Source: Acutalibacteraceae bacterium (GTDB taxonomy: Bacteria; Bacillota; Clostridia; Oscillospirales; Acutalibacteraceae). Taken from it: a DNA stretch of 64,000 bases. Below the pieces are notes generated by a model that saw only the letters and a program-made list of their open reading frames with translations, had not been told where the DNA came from and did not search any database. The position numbers and the translations under genes were made by a program. The stretch lies in the NCBI GenBank assembly GCA_045598085.1, contig JAZLLI010000037.1, positions 7,609-71,608 of the forward strand. The letters run 5' to 3'. This document shows positions 8,299 through 18,751 of this stretch, piece after piece (position 1 is the first letter of the stretch; each line of letters starts with the position of its first letter).

Positions 8299-9192
8299 TT
8301 ACATCTGGTCAAGACCGAAATTGTGAATAAGTCCCTCTCTGTTTCGCCAATCCTCTTTAACCTTGACCCAAGTGTGAAGATTAACCCTGCACTGGAAGAA
8401 TTTTTCCATATCCTCCCTTGCTCTTGTAGAAATTCTTTTAAGAGAAGCACCTTTTTTGCCGATAATGATTCCCTTATGGCTTTCTTTTTCACAATAAATA
8501 ATTGCGTCAATATCAAGAATATCGCTGTCTTCTCTTTCTTTCATTTTTTCAATGCTGACAGCGGTGCCGTGGGGGATTTCTTTATCAAGACCTCTGAGAA
8601 GTTTTTCTCTTATAATCTCTGCGGCAATAACTCTTTCGGGCTGGTCTGTGAGTGTATCCTCAGGGAAAAAGAAAACAGACTCAAACGCAAGCTTTTTCAG
8701 TTCGTCCACAAGGTCATTCATATTGATGCCACGAAGAGCTGAAATTGGAACAATTGCCTCAAAGGGATAGAGCTGTGAAAACTCCATAATTCTGCCCATA
8801 AGCTGCTCTTTATCGGGGATAGTATCCACCTTATTGATTGCAAGAATTACAGGAAGCTTTTCTTTTTTGAATCTTTCAATAAGCTCCTTTTCAGCAGGGC
8901 GAAGCTCACCCGCAGGCTCTGTTACAAAAAGCACTGCGTCAACGCCTGAAATGCTCTCGTCAACAGCTTGAACCATAAATTCGCCAAGCTTTGTTTTAGG
9001 CTTGTGGAAGCCGGGTGTATCTGTAAAAACAAGCTGTGTGTCATCCTCTGTGAGAACACCCATAATTCTTGTGCGTGTTGTCTGCGGTTTATCAGAAACA
9101 ATTGCAATTTTCTGACCGAGCATTCTGTTGAGAACTGATGATTTGCCCACATTGGGGCAGCCTACAATTGCTATAAAAGCGGTTTTAGTCAT
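8299..9192 (-). CDS. era: GTPase Era
   Basis: GCPNVGKSS, DTPG, NKVD, C-terminal KH domain. ATG 9192 has an RBS; the track start at 9261 lies inside dgkA. Confidence 0.9.
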   Translation of the reverse strand: MTKTAFIAIVGCPNVGKSSVLNRMLGQKIAIVSDKPQTTRTRIMGVLTEDDTQLVFTDTPGFHKPKTKLGEFMVQAVDESISGVDAVLFVTEPAGELRPAEKELIERFKKEKLPVILAINKVDTIPDKEQLMGRIMEFSQLYPFEAIVPISALRGINMNDLVDELKKLAFESVFFFPEDTLTDQPERVIAAEIIREKLLRGLDKEIPHGTAVSIEKMKEREDSDILDIDAIIYCEKESHKGIIIGKKGASLKRISTRAREDMEKFFQCRVNLHTWVKVKEDWRNREGLIHNFGLDQM

Positions 9193-9679
9193 TCTTTTTA
9201 CCTCTGAAAAAATTACATATTTTTTTCGGTCCTGCCAGAATAAAAATTCCGTCAAGAACAAGTGTTAATGCAAGTATCGCTATATAGAGCGGATTTGCAA
9301 AATAATAATCAAAAAGTGCCTTGAAAGCATCGGGCTGGAACAGAATAAGAATACCAACAATAACAGCCAAAATTGCCGCAATGAGCACTCCGCCAGCCGC
9401 CGCATCCTTAGCCGCTTTGACATAAGGATTTTTTTCGAGTGTTGCCGCATTTGCCGCATTCTCGATTCCAGTATTAAAAAGCTCCCCTGCCATAATAAGA
9501 GCCGACATCATAAGTAAAATTGCAAACTGTGTTTTGCTCACCTTAAAAAAATCGTATCTTAAAAGGAAGAACATCATGTAGCCAAAAAGGCTTATGTGAA
9601 AGCGGAGATTACGCTCGTTGATTATTGTGTTCCATATGCCCTGAAAGGCATAGCCGAAGCCTTTTATAAAAGCTTTCAT
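9185..9679 (-). CDS. dgkA: Diacylglycerol/undecaprenol kinase, integral membrane (DgkA family)
   Basis: Three TM segments and the NTGIENAAN motif region. ATG 9679 is 1 nt after the ybeY stop. Confidence 0.8.
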   Translation of the reverse strand: MKAFIKGFGYAFQGIWNTIINERNLRFHISLFGYMMFFLLRYDFFKVSKTQFAILLMMSALIMAGELFNTGIENAANAATLEKNPYVKAAKDAAAGGVLIAAILAVIVGILILFQPDAFKALFDYYFANPLYIAILALTLVLDGIFILAGPKKICNFFRGKKND

Positions 9680-9680
9680 A

Positions 9681-10184
9681 TTATTCACCAAGATAGTAGC
9701 TGCTGTTTCTCTTAACACCAAGCTGAGTAAGTATCTGCTCTTCCTTTTCTCTCATGCGAACCTGCTCAATTCCGCCAGCCTCATGGTCATAGCCTAAAAG
9801 GTGAAGCATTGAATGAACGGTAAGGAATCCGATTTCTCTCTGAAGAGAATGACCGTACTGCTCTGCCTGCGCAACAGCGTGCTCAATTGAAATAACAATA
9901 TCGCCAAGCATTTTTGCGCCAGTGTCATAGTTTGTGTCATAAACTCCATCCTCACCAAGAGGGAATGAAAGAACATCGGTGCTTTTATCCATATTTCTAT
10001 ATTCAAGATTCAGCTTGTGAATTTCTTCATCATCAACAAATCTTACGCTGATTTCGGCTGAATCATCAAACTTCTCGTTTGCCAGCACAGCATTGCAGCA
10101 TCTTCTTATGAAGAGTCTTATGCCTGTGGGGATCTTTACTGCTTTCTGGTCATCTGAAATGATAACTTTAATTTTGTTGCTCAT
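9681..10184 (-). CDS. ybeY: rRNA maturation RNase YbeY
   Basis: HSMLHLLGYDH zinc motif. ATGA overlap with the phoH stop. Confidence 0.9.
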   Translation of the reverse strand: MSNKIKVIISDDQKAVKIPTGIRLFIRRCCNAVLANEKFDDSAEISVRFVDDEEIHKLNLEYRNMDKSTDVLSFPLGEDGVYDTNYDTGAKMLGDIVISIEHAVAQAEQYGHSLQREIGFLTVHSMLHLLGYDHEAGGIEQVRMREKEEQILTQLGVKRNSSYYLGE

Positions 10185-11146
10185 TTTCTTCTTTTAACCT
10201 CCTCAAATTTTTCGTATGCTTTTATAATGTCCTGTACGAGTTTGTGTCTTACAACATCTTTTTCGCTGAAGCGGATTGTTTTAACATCCTCAACATCCTT
10301 GAGAATTTTTGACGCTTCAACAAGTCCCGAACGCTTGCCGTCGGGCAGGTCTATCTGCGTAACATCGCCTGTTATGACCATCTTTGAATTAAAGCCAAGA
10401 CGGGTTAAGAACATCTTCATTTGCTCGGGTGTTGTGTTCTGCGCTTCGTCAAGGATAATAAAGCTGTCATCAAGGGTTCTGCCTCGCATATAAGCAAGGG
10501 GTGCCACCTCAATATTGCCCCTTTCCTGATAACGCTGAAAATTTTCTGCTCCCAGCATATCAAAAAGAGCGTCGTAAAGAGGGCGCAGGTAAGGGTCAAC
10601 CTTTTGCTGAAGGTCGCCCGGCAAAAATCCCAGCTTTTCCCCCGCCTCAACCGCAGGGCGTGTGAGAATTATCCTGTTGACCTCCTTGGCACGAAAAGCG
10701 TTAACCGCCATGGCAACTGCAAGGTAGGTTTTGCCTGTACCCGCAGGGCCGATACCGAAAACAATTGTATCGTTTTTGATAGCCTCAACATACTTTTCCT
10801 GACCCAGTGTTTTGGGTTTAACAGGTCTGCCCTTTGAGGTTATGCAGATGCAATTGTTAATCATTCCGCCAATTCTGTCCTCACTGCCCTCGTCCACAAG
10901 GGAGAGAACATAGCGAACATTCTGCTCATTCAGCGGTTCGCCCTTATTGATAAGCACCATAAGCCCGTTAACTGCTCTTGATGCTTTGGCAACATCATCT
11001 GCCTCGCCTGTGATTTTTAAATCAGAGCCACGGCTGATAACATTGACCCCGTATTTATTTTCAATGAGCTTTATATTTTCGTCAAAGCTCCCGAACAGGG
11101 ACACCGCCTGCTCCATACGGTCAAAATTTATAATCTGCTCAAACAT
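10181..11146 (-). CDS. phoH: PhoH-family ATPase
   Basis: GPAGTGKTYLA Walker A. 321 aa. GGAGG RBS. Confidence 0.9.
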   Translation of the reverse strand: MFEQIINFDRMEQAVSLFGSFDENIKLIENKYGVNVISRGSDLKITGEADDVAKASRAVNGLMVLINKGEPLNEQNVRYVLSLVDEGSEDRIGGMINNCICITSKGRPVKPKTLGQEKYVEAIKNDTIVFGIGPAGTGKTYLAVAMAVNAFRAKEVNRIILTRPAVEAGEKLGFLPGDLQQKVDPYLRPLYDALFDMLGAENFQRYQERGNIEVAPLAYMRGRTLDDSFIILDEAQNTTPEQMKMFLTRLGFNSKMVITGDVTQIDLPDGKRSGLVEASKILKDVEDVKTIRFSEKDVVRHKLVQDIIKAYEKFEEVKRRK

Positions 11147-11424
11147 TCAAGCCTCCGTTATTTATACAAAAATTGTCAAAATAATAGACAATTACCCTAT
11201 TGTTAAGTGCATTATATCATATTTTGCACAAAAAGTCATCATTTAACAACGATAATCATTTGAAATATTTGATAGTTTTTAAGGCGGTGATTTGTGCATA
11301 TTTCACATTTGCCGAATAATTTGTATAAAATCATAAAAAAATGTCATTTTTCTCTTTTAAATTCTTTAAAAGTATTGTATAATGAAGTGTATATTTTTTA
11401 TGGGAAATGAAAGGGAGTTTTCAG

Positions 11425-11784
11425 ATGGAAGTTAGCAAAATTCGTGTTCGCATTGGCGGAGCTGATTACCACCTTACAACTGACGGAGATGTTGCATATC
11501 TCCGCAATATAGCCGGGGAGGTTGACAGCGTTATGACCTCCATTATGAAAGAGAGCTACAAGCTTTCAACAGCTCAGGCGGCTGTGCTCACATCCCTCCA
11601 GTTTGCTGATGAAATGCACAAGGCTGAGGATAAATCCTTGACCATCCGCAAAGAGATTCAGGCTTATATGGAGGACGCTTCAAAAGCAAAAACAGAGGCT
11701 GAAATTGCAAGGCGTGAGGTTGAACGCCTTAACAAAGAAATTGCTTCATTAAAAAATGAGCTTTCAAGGTATAAGTATGAATAA
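11425..11784 (+). CDS. zapA: Cell division protein ZapA
   Basis: MEVSKIRVRIGGADYHL... plus a C-terminal coiled coil. AAGGGAG lies 8 nt before the ATG at 11425; the track start 11407 lacks an RBS. Confidence 0.75.
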   Translation: MEVSKIRVRIGGADYHLTTDGDVAYLRNIAGEVDSVMTSIMKESYKLSTAQAAVLTSLQFADEMHKAEDKSLTIRKEIQAYMEDASKAKTEAEIARREVERLNKEIASLKNELSRYKYE

Positions 11785-13807
11785 TATTACAGAAATTCTT
11801 GCGCCCGCAGGTTCACCCGATGCCCTGCGGGCAGCAGTGTTATGCGGTGCAGACGCTGTTTATTTAGGGGTGAAGGAGCTGAACGCCCGCCGTTCGGCAG
11901 AGAATTTTGAGCTTGAAAATTTAAAAGAAACGGTTGATTTCTGCCATTCAAGAGGGGTTAAGGTTTATCTGACACTTAACACTCTTATAAGCGACAGCGA
12001 ACTGCCGACAGCCGTTAAGATTATTGAGTGCAGCTATACCAGTGGTGTGGATGCACTTATTTTGCAGGATTTTGCCGCTGTTGACATTGTTAAAAAGGTT
12101 GCGCCCAAAATGGCTATGCACGCATCAACGCAGATGTCGGTGCAAACTCTTGAGGGCATCAAGGCTCTTCACAAGGCAGGATTTTGCCGTGCTGTTTTGC
12201 CAAGAGAAATGAGCAAAAGTGAAATAGAATACCTTTGCAAAAATTCGCCCATTGAATTAGAAATGTTTGTTCACGGCGCACTTTGTATGTGCGTTTCGGG
12301 TCAGTGCTATCTCAGCGCAATGTTAGGCTCAAGGAGTGGTAACAGAGGTGCCTGCGCCCAGCCGTGCAGACTGCCTTTCAGTGCAGACAACAGCGGAAGC
12401 TATGACCTCAGCTTGAAGGATTTATCTTTGACAGATGAGATTCGTGAGCTTTCTGAAATGGGCATTGCATCATTTAAAATTGAGGGCAGAATGAAGCGCC
12501 CCGAATATGTTGCGGCGGCGGTTACCGCCTGCAATCAGGCTTTAAATGGCAAAGAAGATTTAAGGCTTAAAGAAAATCTTAAAAGTGTATTTTCACGCAC
12601 GGGATTTACAGACGGATATTACAAAGGCACACTGGGCAAAGAGATGTTTGGCACAAGGCGCAAAGAGGATGTTGTTTCTGCCGCACCAGTGCTCAACGAG
12701 CTTTCAAAGCTTTATGAAAAAGAGAAGCCCTCAAAGGCGGTTGATTTCACATTCACTGCAAAGCTTGAAAGCCCCGTGAAGCTGACGGCGACCTGCGAAA
12801 ATTTCACCGCAGAAATTGAAAGTGAATTTATCACCCGCCCTGCACTTAACAAGGCTCTTGACGAAGCTTCTGCAAAAGAACAGCTTTCAAAAACAGGCGG
12901 AACGCAGTATTTTGTAAACAGCATAAAATGTGAAATTGACAGTGGAGTGAATGTACCTGTTTCTGTGATAAATCAGCTTCGCAGAGGTGTGCTTGAGCTT
13001 CTTACAGAAAAAATAATTTCTCTTCCCAAAAGAGAAACAAACAAATATATTTTTCAGTTTAATCCACACAACGCAAATGGCAAAAAAATAATTTGCCGAT
13101 TCAGAAACGAGGAGCAGATTCCAGAAAATATTGACGGCATAGATGAAATAGTTTTGCCCATAAATTCTATAAAAAATCTGACGAATGTTTCGGCAGAAAT
13201 TCCAAGAGGAATTTTTGGAAATAGCGAAAAGATTCTTTCATCGCTTTTATCGTTAAAGAGCAAAGGAATTAAAAATGCGTGGGCAGGAACATTTGACGGA
13301 ATGGTGCTTGGAAAGAAAGCAGGCATGAGCGTTACAGCTTCATTTGGCTCGAATATTTTTAACACAACCGCATTAAAATTTTATGAGGATTTCGGCATTG
13401 AAAAAGCGTTGCTTTCAGGTGAGATGACGCTCGCCCGTGCAAAGGAGCTTGGCGGCAAGCTTCCCAGAGGAATTTTTGCCTATGGCAGAGTACCATTGAT
13501 GCTCACAAGAAACTGCCCTGTTAAAAATAAAAAAACCTGCGCCCAGTGCAAGCAGCAAAGCGTACTGACAGACAGAAAAAATATCAGCTTCCCCGTTGAC
13601 TGCGTATCGGGTTGCAGTGAGCTTCTTAACTCAAAGCCTGTTTATATGGCAGACAGGCTTAATGAAATTAAAAACGCAGATTTTATTCTTTTATATTTCA
13701 CAACCGAAACAAAAGATGAAGCGGCAAAAATAATTGAAGCCTACAAAAAGGGTAAAAAGCCTGTTGGCGAATTTACAAGAGGGCTTCTTTACAGAGGTGT
13801 TGAATGA
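11777..13807 (+). CDS. U32-family peptidase-like protein
   Basis: U32 signature ELEMFVHGALCMCVSGQCYLS. The ATG at 11777 overlaps the zapA stop. Confidence 0.85.
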   Translation: MNNITEILAPAGSPDALRAAVLCGADAVYLGVKELNARRSAENFELENLKETVDFCHSRGVKVYLTLNTLISDSELPTAVKIIECSYTSGVDALILQDFAAVDIVKKVAPKMAMHASTQMSVQTLEGIKALHKAGFCRAVLPREMSKSEIEYLCKNSPIELEMFVHGALCMCVSGQCYLSAMLGSRSGNRGACAQPCRLPFSADNSGSYDLSLKDLSLTDEIRELSEMGIASFKIEGRMKRPEYVAAAVTACNQALNGKEDLRLKENLKSVFSRTGFTDGYYKGTLGKEMFGTRRKEDVVSAAPVLNELSKLYEKEKPSKAVDFTFTAKLESPVKLTATCENFTAEIESEFITRPALNKALDEASAKEQLSKTGGTQYFVNSIKCEIDSGVNVPVSVINQLRRGVLELLTEKIISLPKRETNKYIFQFNPHNANGKKIICRFRNEEQIPENIDGIDEIVLPINSIKNLTNVSAEIPRGIFGNSEKILSSLLSLKSKGIKNAWAGTFDGMVLGKKAGMSVTASFGSNIFNTTALKFYEDFGIEKALLSGEMTLARAKELGGKLPRGIFAYGRVPLMLTRNCPVKNKKTCAQCKQQSVLTDRKNISFPVDCVSGCSELLNSKPVYMADRLNEIKNADFILLYFTTETKDEAAKIIEAYKKGKKPVGEFTRGLLYRGVE

Positions 13808-14862
13808 TGATAAAAAAGCTTCAGAATTTACTTAAAACTGATGGCAAAGGCGTGCTGATTTTATCTGAGCAAAACAGGCGATATTTCACAGCTTTTCCAT
13901 CATCCTTCGGAATACTTATTGTAACAAAAAATGATGCGGTTTTTTTAACAGACAGCAGATATATTGAAGCGGCGCAGAATAAAATTAAAGGCTGTGATGT
14001 GAGAGAATCCAAAAATCTTAAAGAGCAGTTGCCCGCAATCTGCAAAGAGCTTAACATAACTTCGCTTATGGGCGAAACCTGCATAACTGTTGACGAGCTT
14101 AACACAATGCGCAGAATCTTTAAGCCTGTGAGAATCACCACCGCAGGTACAGACAAAATGATTTCTTCGTGCCGTGAAATTAAAACAGAGTATGAGCTGG
14201 AGCAGATAAAAAAAGCGCAGGGAATTGCAGAGCGTGCATTCGAGCATATTTTAGGTTTTATAAAGCCTGGTATTACAGAGCGTGATATTTCGCTGGAGCT
14301 TGATTATTTTATGCTCAAAAACGGAGCGGAGGCACTCTCTTTTGAAACTATCGCAGTCAGTGGCAAAAAATCATCTATGCCACACGGTGTGCCTGATAAT
14401 AAAATAATCGAAAACGGCGACTTTATCACAATGGATTACGGTGCAGTTGTAAACGGATATCACAGCGATATGACAAGAACTGTTGCAGTTGGCAGTGTTT
14501 CAGAAAAGCAGAAAGAGGTTTACTCTGTTGTGCTTGAAGCGCAGTTAGCCGCAATTGAAAAAATAAAGGCTGGCGTTCTTTTAAAGGATGCTGACCTTGC
14601 CGCAAGAAGCGTTATTGAAAAGGCAGGCTACGGCGAATTTTTCCGCCATTCAACGGGTCATGGGGTTGGTGTTGAAATTCACGAAAGCCCCAATGTTTCA
14701 CCAAAAGCAAAGGGCAGGCTCAAAGCAGGCAGTATTGTTACTGTTGAGCCTGGAATTTATCTCCCCGATGAATTTGGTGTGAGAATTGAAGACATGGTTT
14801 ATGTAACAGATACAGGCTGCATTAACCTGACAAGCACAAAAAAAGATTTAATAATCTGTTAA
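13804..14862 (+). CDS. Xaa-Pro aminopeptidase / M24B peptidase
   Basis: HSTGHGVGVEIHESP and DMTRT metal-ligand motifs. ATGA overlap with the upstream stop. Confidence 0.85.
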   Translation: MMIKKLQNLLKTDGKGVLILSEQNRRYFTAFPSSFGILIVTKNDAVFLTDSRYIEAAQNKIKGCDVRESKNLKEQLPAICKELNITSLMGETCITVDELNTMRRIFKPVRITTAGTDKMISSCREIKTEYELEQIKKAQGIAERAFEHILGFIKPGITERDISLELDYFMLKNGAEALSFETIAVSGKKSSMPHGVPDNKIIENGDFITMDYGAVVNGYHSDMTRTVAVGSVSEKQKEVYSVVLEAQLAAIEKIKAGVLLKDADLAARSVIEKAGYGEFFRHSTGHGVGVEIHESPNVSPKAKGRLKAGSIVTVEPGIYLPDEFGVRIEDMVYVTDTGCINLTSTKKDLIIC

Positions 14863-14935
14863 TTTTTTAATAATTATTTGATTAGTTAAATTTTTTGTGA
14901 TACAATAGATTGAATTTAGTTAAGGAGGTATTCCT

Positions 14936-16642
14936 TTGGCAGACGATGAGAAAAAATTAGCTGACGGCGAAGTTGAAGAATCCGCCGAAGCAAAAGACTG
15001 GCAGTGGGACGCAGCTGCTCCCATGGCAAACGAAAATTTCCTTGATTTCTCTAATTCAGCAGAAGAGGCTGACGAAGAAGAGAACAAGACAGACGCTTCT
15101 GAAAAAGAAGAAGCAGAAGCAGAAGAAACTGTTGAAACTGTTGAAGCTGTTGAAGAAACAGAAAGTGATGCAGAGGAAATCGAAGAAGAGGAAGAAGAAG
15201 CTGATGAAAACGGTGAAACTCCTCCGGGTTACTGCATTATCTGCGGTGAAAAAATCCGTAACAGTAAAAGTGAATTTTACTGCAACGAATGCCGTTCAAA
15301 ATATATGAAGGTTGATTACGGTGCAACTCACATCATTCTTTCAGTTCTGATGGTTTTCATTGCCGTTTTTGGCATTGTGATGTTCACCGCAACATCAAAG
15401 ATTGCAGGCTCAATCGGTGAAGCAGACAAGCTTCTGAAAGACGGCAAAATTTCAGCCGCTTCTGATGCTTACGGTGATGTTTCATCAACTGTCGGCACTC
15501 TTAACGAAAGACTTAACGCATTTCTTAAAGGCATCAGCGCAAACTTTGACACCGTTAATTTCTTTAACGCAGGTCATAAGGTTGACAAGAAGCAGGCAGA
15601 GATTCTTTCAAAAACATTCTCTCTTTCTTATGATAATGCTGACAATTTCTTTTCACTTGTTGAAAATTCATTCAGTGAAAAAGAGCTTAACAGCCCCAAA
15701 TATGCACAGGTTAAGGGTTGCTACGATTACCTTAAAAAATTTCTTGCAGATTACACCACAGTGAATGAGGACTTGCAGAGTGCATATACACCTCTCTTTA
15801 ATGCGGCATATACAGGCGAAGCAAAAGCAGACGAGCTTTCAAAGCTGGCAAAGGATGTTGTAACAGCAGTTGACAAATATGCAACTGAACACACCAACAT
15901 CGGCAATGATGTTATTTCATTTTTTAAATACAGCATGCTTTACTATGCACAGCAGAATTACGGTGTAAAGATAGATACTGACGAGCTTTTCAGCTATGTT
16001 AAAAAAGCATATGACGAAGCTGGCAAGTTTGATTATCTTCTTTATCAGGATGTTTCATCATTTGCACTTTCTGTTGAGGATTACAACGCTGTTCTTGATG
16101 CTTCAAATAAAGCACTGGAAAAGAACCCCTCAAATTCAGATGCATATTATTTCAAAGCATTTGCATACCTCAGAATGGAGCAGTTTGACAAGGCTCTTGA
16201 GGCTTGCGACAAGGTTGCTGAATTCAGCACAGACGAATTTGACAATGTTGCAATTAAGGCAAACATTCTTCGCAGACAGGGTCAGTACCTTGCAGCTGCC
16301 GATATTTGCGAGGCTGTTCCCGCAGCTAACAAGTCATCAGAAATTTCAAGGCAGGAAGCTATTGCATATTACCTTGCAGGCGATGAAGACAATGCACTGA
16401 AATATGCAAAAGAATCATACGATTCAGCTTATGCGGCATCATACAACGGCGGTGCATTCTCACTTGAAGCAATTAACACCAGCGCACTTATTTATAAGCT
16501 TTGCGGTGATGACGAGGATTATGACGCTGTGCTTGAAACACTTAAACAGTCTGACGAAAAGCTTGAAGATTCTGTAATGGCGGTTATCAAGGGTGATTCA
16601 ACATTTGAGGATCTTTTCATGACAGGAAAGGGGGATATCTGA
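14936..16642 (+). CDS. Acidic-tail, zinc-ribbon, single-TM, TPR-like protein (unknown function)
   Basis: TTG start 6 nt after AAGGAGG. Poly-E/D N-terminus, CIICGEK...CNECRSK ribbon, one TM, C-terminal helical repeats. Confidence 0.6.
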   Translation: MADDEKKLADGEVEESAEAKDWQWDAAAPMANENFLDFSNSAEEADEEENKTDASEKEEAEAEETVETVEAVEETESDAEEIEEEEEEADENGETPPGYCIICGEKIRNSKSEFYCNECRSKYMKVDYGATHIILSVLMVFIAVFGIVMFTATSKIAGSIGEADKLLKDGKISAASDAYGDVSSTVGTLNERLNAFLKGISANFDTVNFFNAGHKVDKKQAEILSKTFSLSYDNADNFFSLVENSFSEKELNSPKYAQVKGCYDYLKKFLADYTTVNEDLQSAYTPLFNAAYTGEAKADELSKLAKDVVTAVDKYATEHTNIGNDVISFFKYSMLYYAQQNYGVKIDTDELFSYVKKAYDEAGKFDYLLYQDVSSFALSVEDYNAVLDASNKALEKNPSNSDAYYFKAFAYLRMEQFDKALEACDKVAEFSTDEFDNVAIKANILRRQGQYLAAADICEAVPAANKSSEISRQEAIAYYLAGDEDNALKYAKESYDSAYAASYNGGAFSLEAINTSALIYKLCGDDEDYDAVLETLKQSDEKLEDSVMAVIKGDSTFEDLFMTGKGDI

Positions 16643-16643
16643 T

Positions 16644-17342
16644 ATGACAGTATTTTATCTTATTTCTAAATACGCAACCATTTTCGGCACTACCATTAAA
16701 GGATTATGGGAACATATCACCTGCGGTATCCTTAAATTATTTGTTGAGGACGGCAGATACCTTGAACCAACTGAGCTTTGCGGTCATGTGGAGCATGAAT
16801 TGACAGAAAGCAAGGCAAAGGCATTCCTTATGTGCTTTATCCCCAGCGCAGTTAACGCAATTCTTGCCGTATTCCTTGGCGGTGCAGGATTTATGGGACT
16901 TTTCAATTTAGGCGTTAAAAAGAACGAGCCGATTTTTTGGGTTTATGTTGTTCTTCTTTATCTTGGAATTTCATTTTTCTGCAACATCTTCCCCCTTGTT
17001 GAGGATGCAATGAACAACTGGAGCAGACTTTATAATTCAAAGCTCACAGAAGAAGAAAAGGCAAGAAACGAAGAGATAAAAAAACAGCGTGCGCAGAACA
17101 AGGCACTTGAAAAAGAAGCAAAAAAAGCCGCAAAGGCTAACGCCAAAAAAGGTGCCGCTCCTGTGAAAATCAAAAAGAATTCTGACGGTGGCGAAAAGAT
17201 AAAATCAGACACAAATATTGTTGCAAAGATTCTGCTTTTCATCCCCTCTGCAATTCTTTATGGCGGAGCTTATCTTGAAAAATACGGCATTACATTTATT
17301 ATAAGCATTGTAGTAACAGCACTTGCGATTATTCTTAAATAA
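16644..17342 (+). CDS. Membrane protein with Lys/Ala-rich loop (unknown function)
   Basis: ATG 1 nt after the upstream TGA. Hydrophobic segments flank EEKARNEEIKKQRAQNKALEKEAKKAAKANAKKG. Confidence 0.55.
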   Translation: MTVFYLISKYATIFGTTIKGLWEHITCGILKLFVEDGRYLEPTELCGHVEHELTESKAKAFLMCFIPSAVNAILAVFLGGAGFMGLFNLGVKKNEPIFWVYVVLLYLGISFFCNIFPLVEDAMNNWSRLYNSKLTEEEKARNEEIKKQRAQNKALEKEAKKAAKANAKKGAAPVKIKKNSDGGEKIKSDTNIVAKILLFIPSAILYGGAYLEKYGITFIISIVVTALAIILK

Positions 17343-17356
17343 TTAAAATCAACGCA

Positions 17357-17400
17357 TAAAAAAGGTACTGAAATTTTTCGTTTCAGTACCTTTTATTTTT
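17357..17400. terminator. Bidirectional intrinsic terminator between convergent genes
   Basis: Perfect 13-bp stem AAAGGTACTGAAA/TTTCAGTACCTTT (17361-17393), flanked by an A-run and a T-run. Confidence 0.8.
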
Positions 17401-18615
17401 TTATTCAATTATAAACTTTTTCATCAAGTTGTATCCCTCTTCGAGGTATATTCCCGTTGCCTTTGCAGACTCTTCATTGATTGACTGAACTCCGCTGTCT
17501 TTCTCTTTTGATTTCTGATAAATCATATAGGGAACAGGGTCGCCTGCGTGGGTCTTTGTTGAAAGAGGTGTGGGATGGTCGGGAAGAATCATAATCTTGT
17601 AATCTTCGCCGATTTCTTCAAGTCCTTTAAGCACAATTGGAAGAACCCTCTCATCAATATATTCAATTGCCTTGACCTTATTATCAGGCTCAAAGCGGTG
17701 TCCACATTCATCGGGAGCTTCAATGTGGATGTAAGCAAAATCGCAGTCATCTTTAAGATCTTTCACTGCTGCCTCTGCCTTGCCCTCAAAGTTTGTGTCA
17801 ATATAGCCTGTTGCGCCCTCAACCTCGGGAGTTTTCATGCCTGCGGCAATGCCGATACCTTTAAGCAAATCAACGGCAGAAATAACTGTGCCCTTAACGC
17901 CATAAAGCTCTTCAAAGGGTGTCAGCTCGGGTCTTGTGCCCTCGCCCCAAAGCCAAATTGAGTTTGCAGGGCGTTTACCCTCGGCAATTCTCTTTTTATT
18001 CACAGGGTGGTCTTTAAGAATATCGTAGCTCTTTCTCATTAAATCGGTAAGTTTTTTTGCATTGGGAGATGTTGAAATATAGCTTCCCACAACCTTGCCC
18101 GAAATATCGTGAGGAGGTGTCATTTTGCCCAAATCTGTTGTGCCCTTGTGATGGATAAGGCAATGGCGATAACTGACACCGCTGTAAAAATCAAATTCAC
18201 CGCCGCCAAAATGTTCCTGCACGGTTTTGATAATTTCAGCTGCTTCTTCACTTGAAATATCACCTGCGGAATAATCGACCATGGTTTTATCGTCATAATT
18301 TTCTTCATCTGAAAGGGTAACAATGTTACAACGCAGAGCAATATCGTCCTCTGCCATTTTAACGCCGATGCTCACCGCTTCAAGAGGTGATCTGCCTGTA
18401 AAATATTTTCTCGGGTCATAACCCATAACTGTAAGGTTGCCGATTTCACTGCCTGGCTTCTGACCCTCACCGATTGTGCGCACAAGTCCAACCTCGCCCT
18501 TTTGAGCAAGTGAATCAAAAATCGGCTTGTTTGCCACCATCATAGGTGTTTTGCCGCCCAGCACATCAATGGGGTAATCTGCCATGCCGTCATAAAGTAC
18601 AACAACATATTTCAT
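17401..18615 (-). CDS. apgM: Cofactor-independent phosphoglycerate mutase, archaeal-type (ApgM family)
   Basis: 404 aa. MKYVVVLYDGMADYP N-terminus and HIEAPDECGH metal site. Confidence 0.8.
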   Translation of the reverse strand: MKYVVVLYDGMADYPIDVLGGKTPMMVANKPIFDSLAQKGEVGLVRTIGEGQKPGSEIGNLTVMGYDPRKYFTGRSPLEAVSIGVKMAEDDIALRCNIVTLSDEENYDDKTMVDYSAGDISSEEAAEIIKTVQEHFGGGEFDFYSGVSYRHCLIHHKGTTDLGKMTPPHDISGKVVGSYISTSPNAKKLTDLMRKSYDILKDHPVNKKRIAEGKRPANSIWLWGEGTRPELTPFEELYGVKGTVISAVDLLKGIGIAAGMKTPEVEGATGYIDTNFEGKAEAAVKDLKDDCDFAYIHIEAPDECGHRFEPDNKVKAIEYIDERVLPIVLKGLEEIGEDYKIMILPDHPTPLSTKTHAGDPVPYMIYQKSKEKDSGVQSINEESAKATGIYLEEGYNLMKKFIIE

Positions 18616-18751
18616 AACTGTCTGCCTCCGTGGATAATTGTTTGATTTATTGTATCACGATGAAAAATAAAATTCAACACTTGTTATTGAAAATCATTCT
18701 ATAGTATGTTATTATATGTAACGCACATTAAAAATTTCGGAGAGAAACAAG

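Noticed and set aside
8245-8742. 165-aa plus-strand ORF.
   Set aside because: It is antisense to era, which has all GTPase motifs. It has no RBS.
11171-11193. Inverted repeat AATTGTC-N9-GACAATT, 25 nt upstream of phoH, as a possible operator.
   Set aside because: It is short and AT-rich in an AT-rich spacer. I cannot tie it to a regulator or to a second copy, and it cannot be distinguished from chance without comparative data.
14973-15308. 111-aa Lys-rich ORF on the plus strand.
   Set aside because: It is the +1 reading of the GAA/GAG-rich tract that encodes the poly-Glu tail of the 14936 gene. It has no RBS and is a low-complexity artefact.
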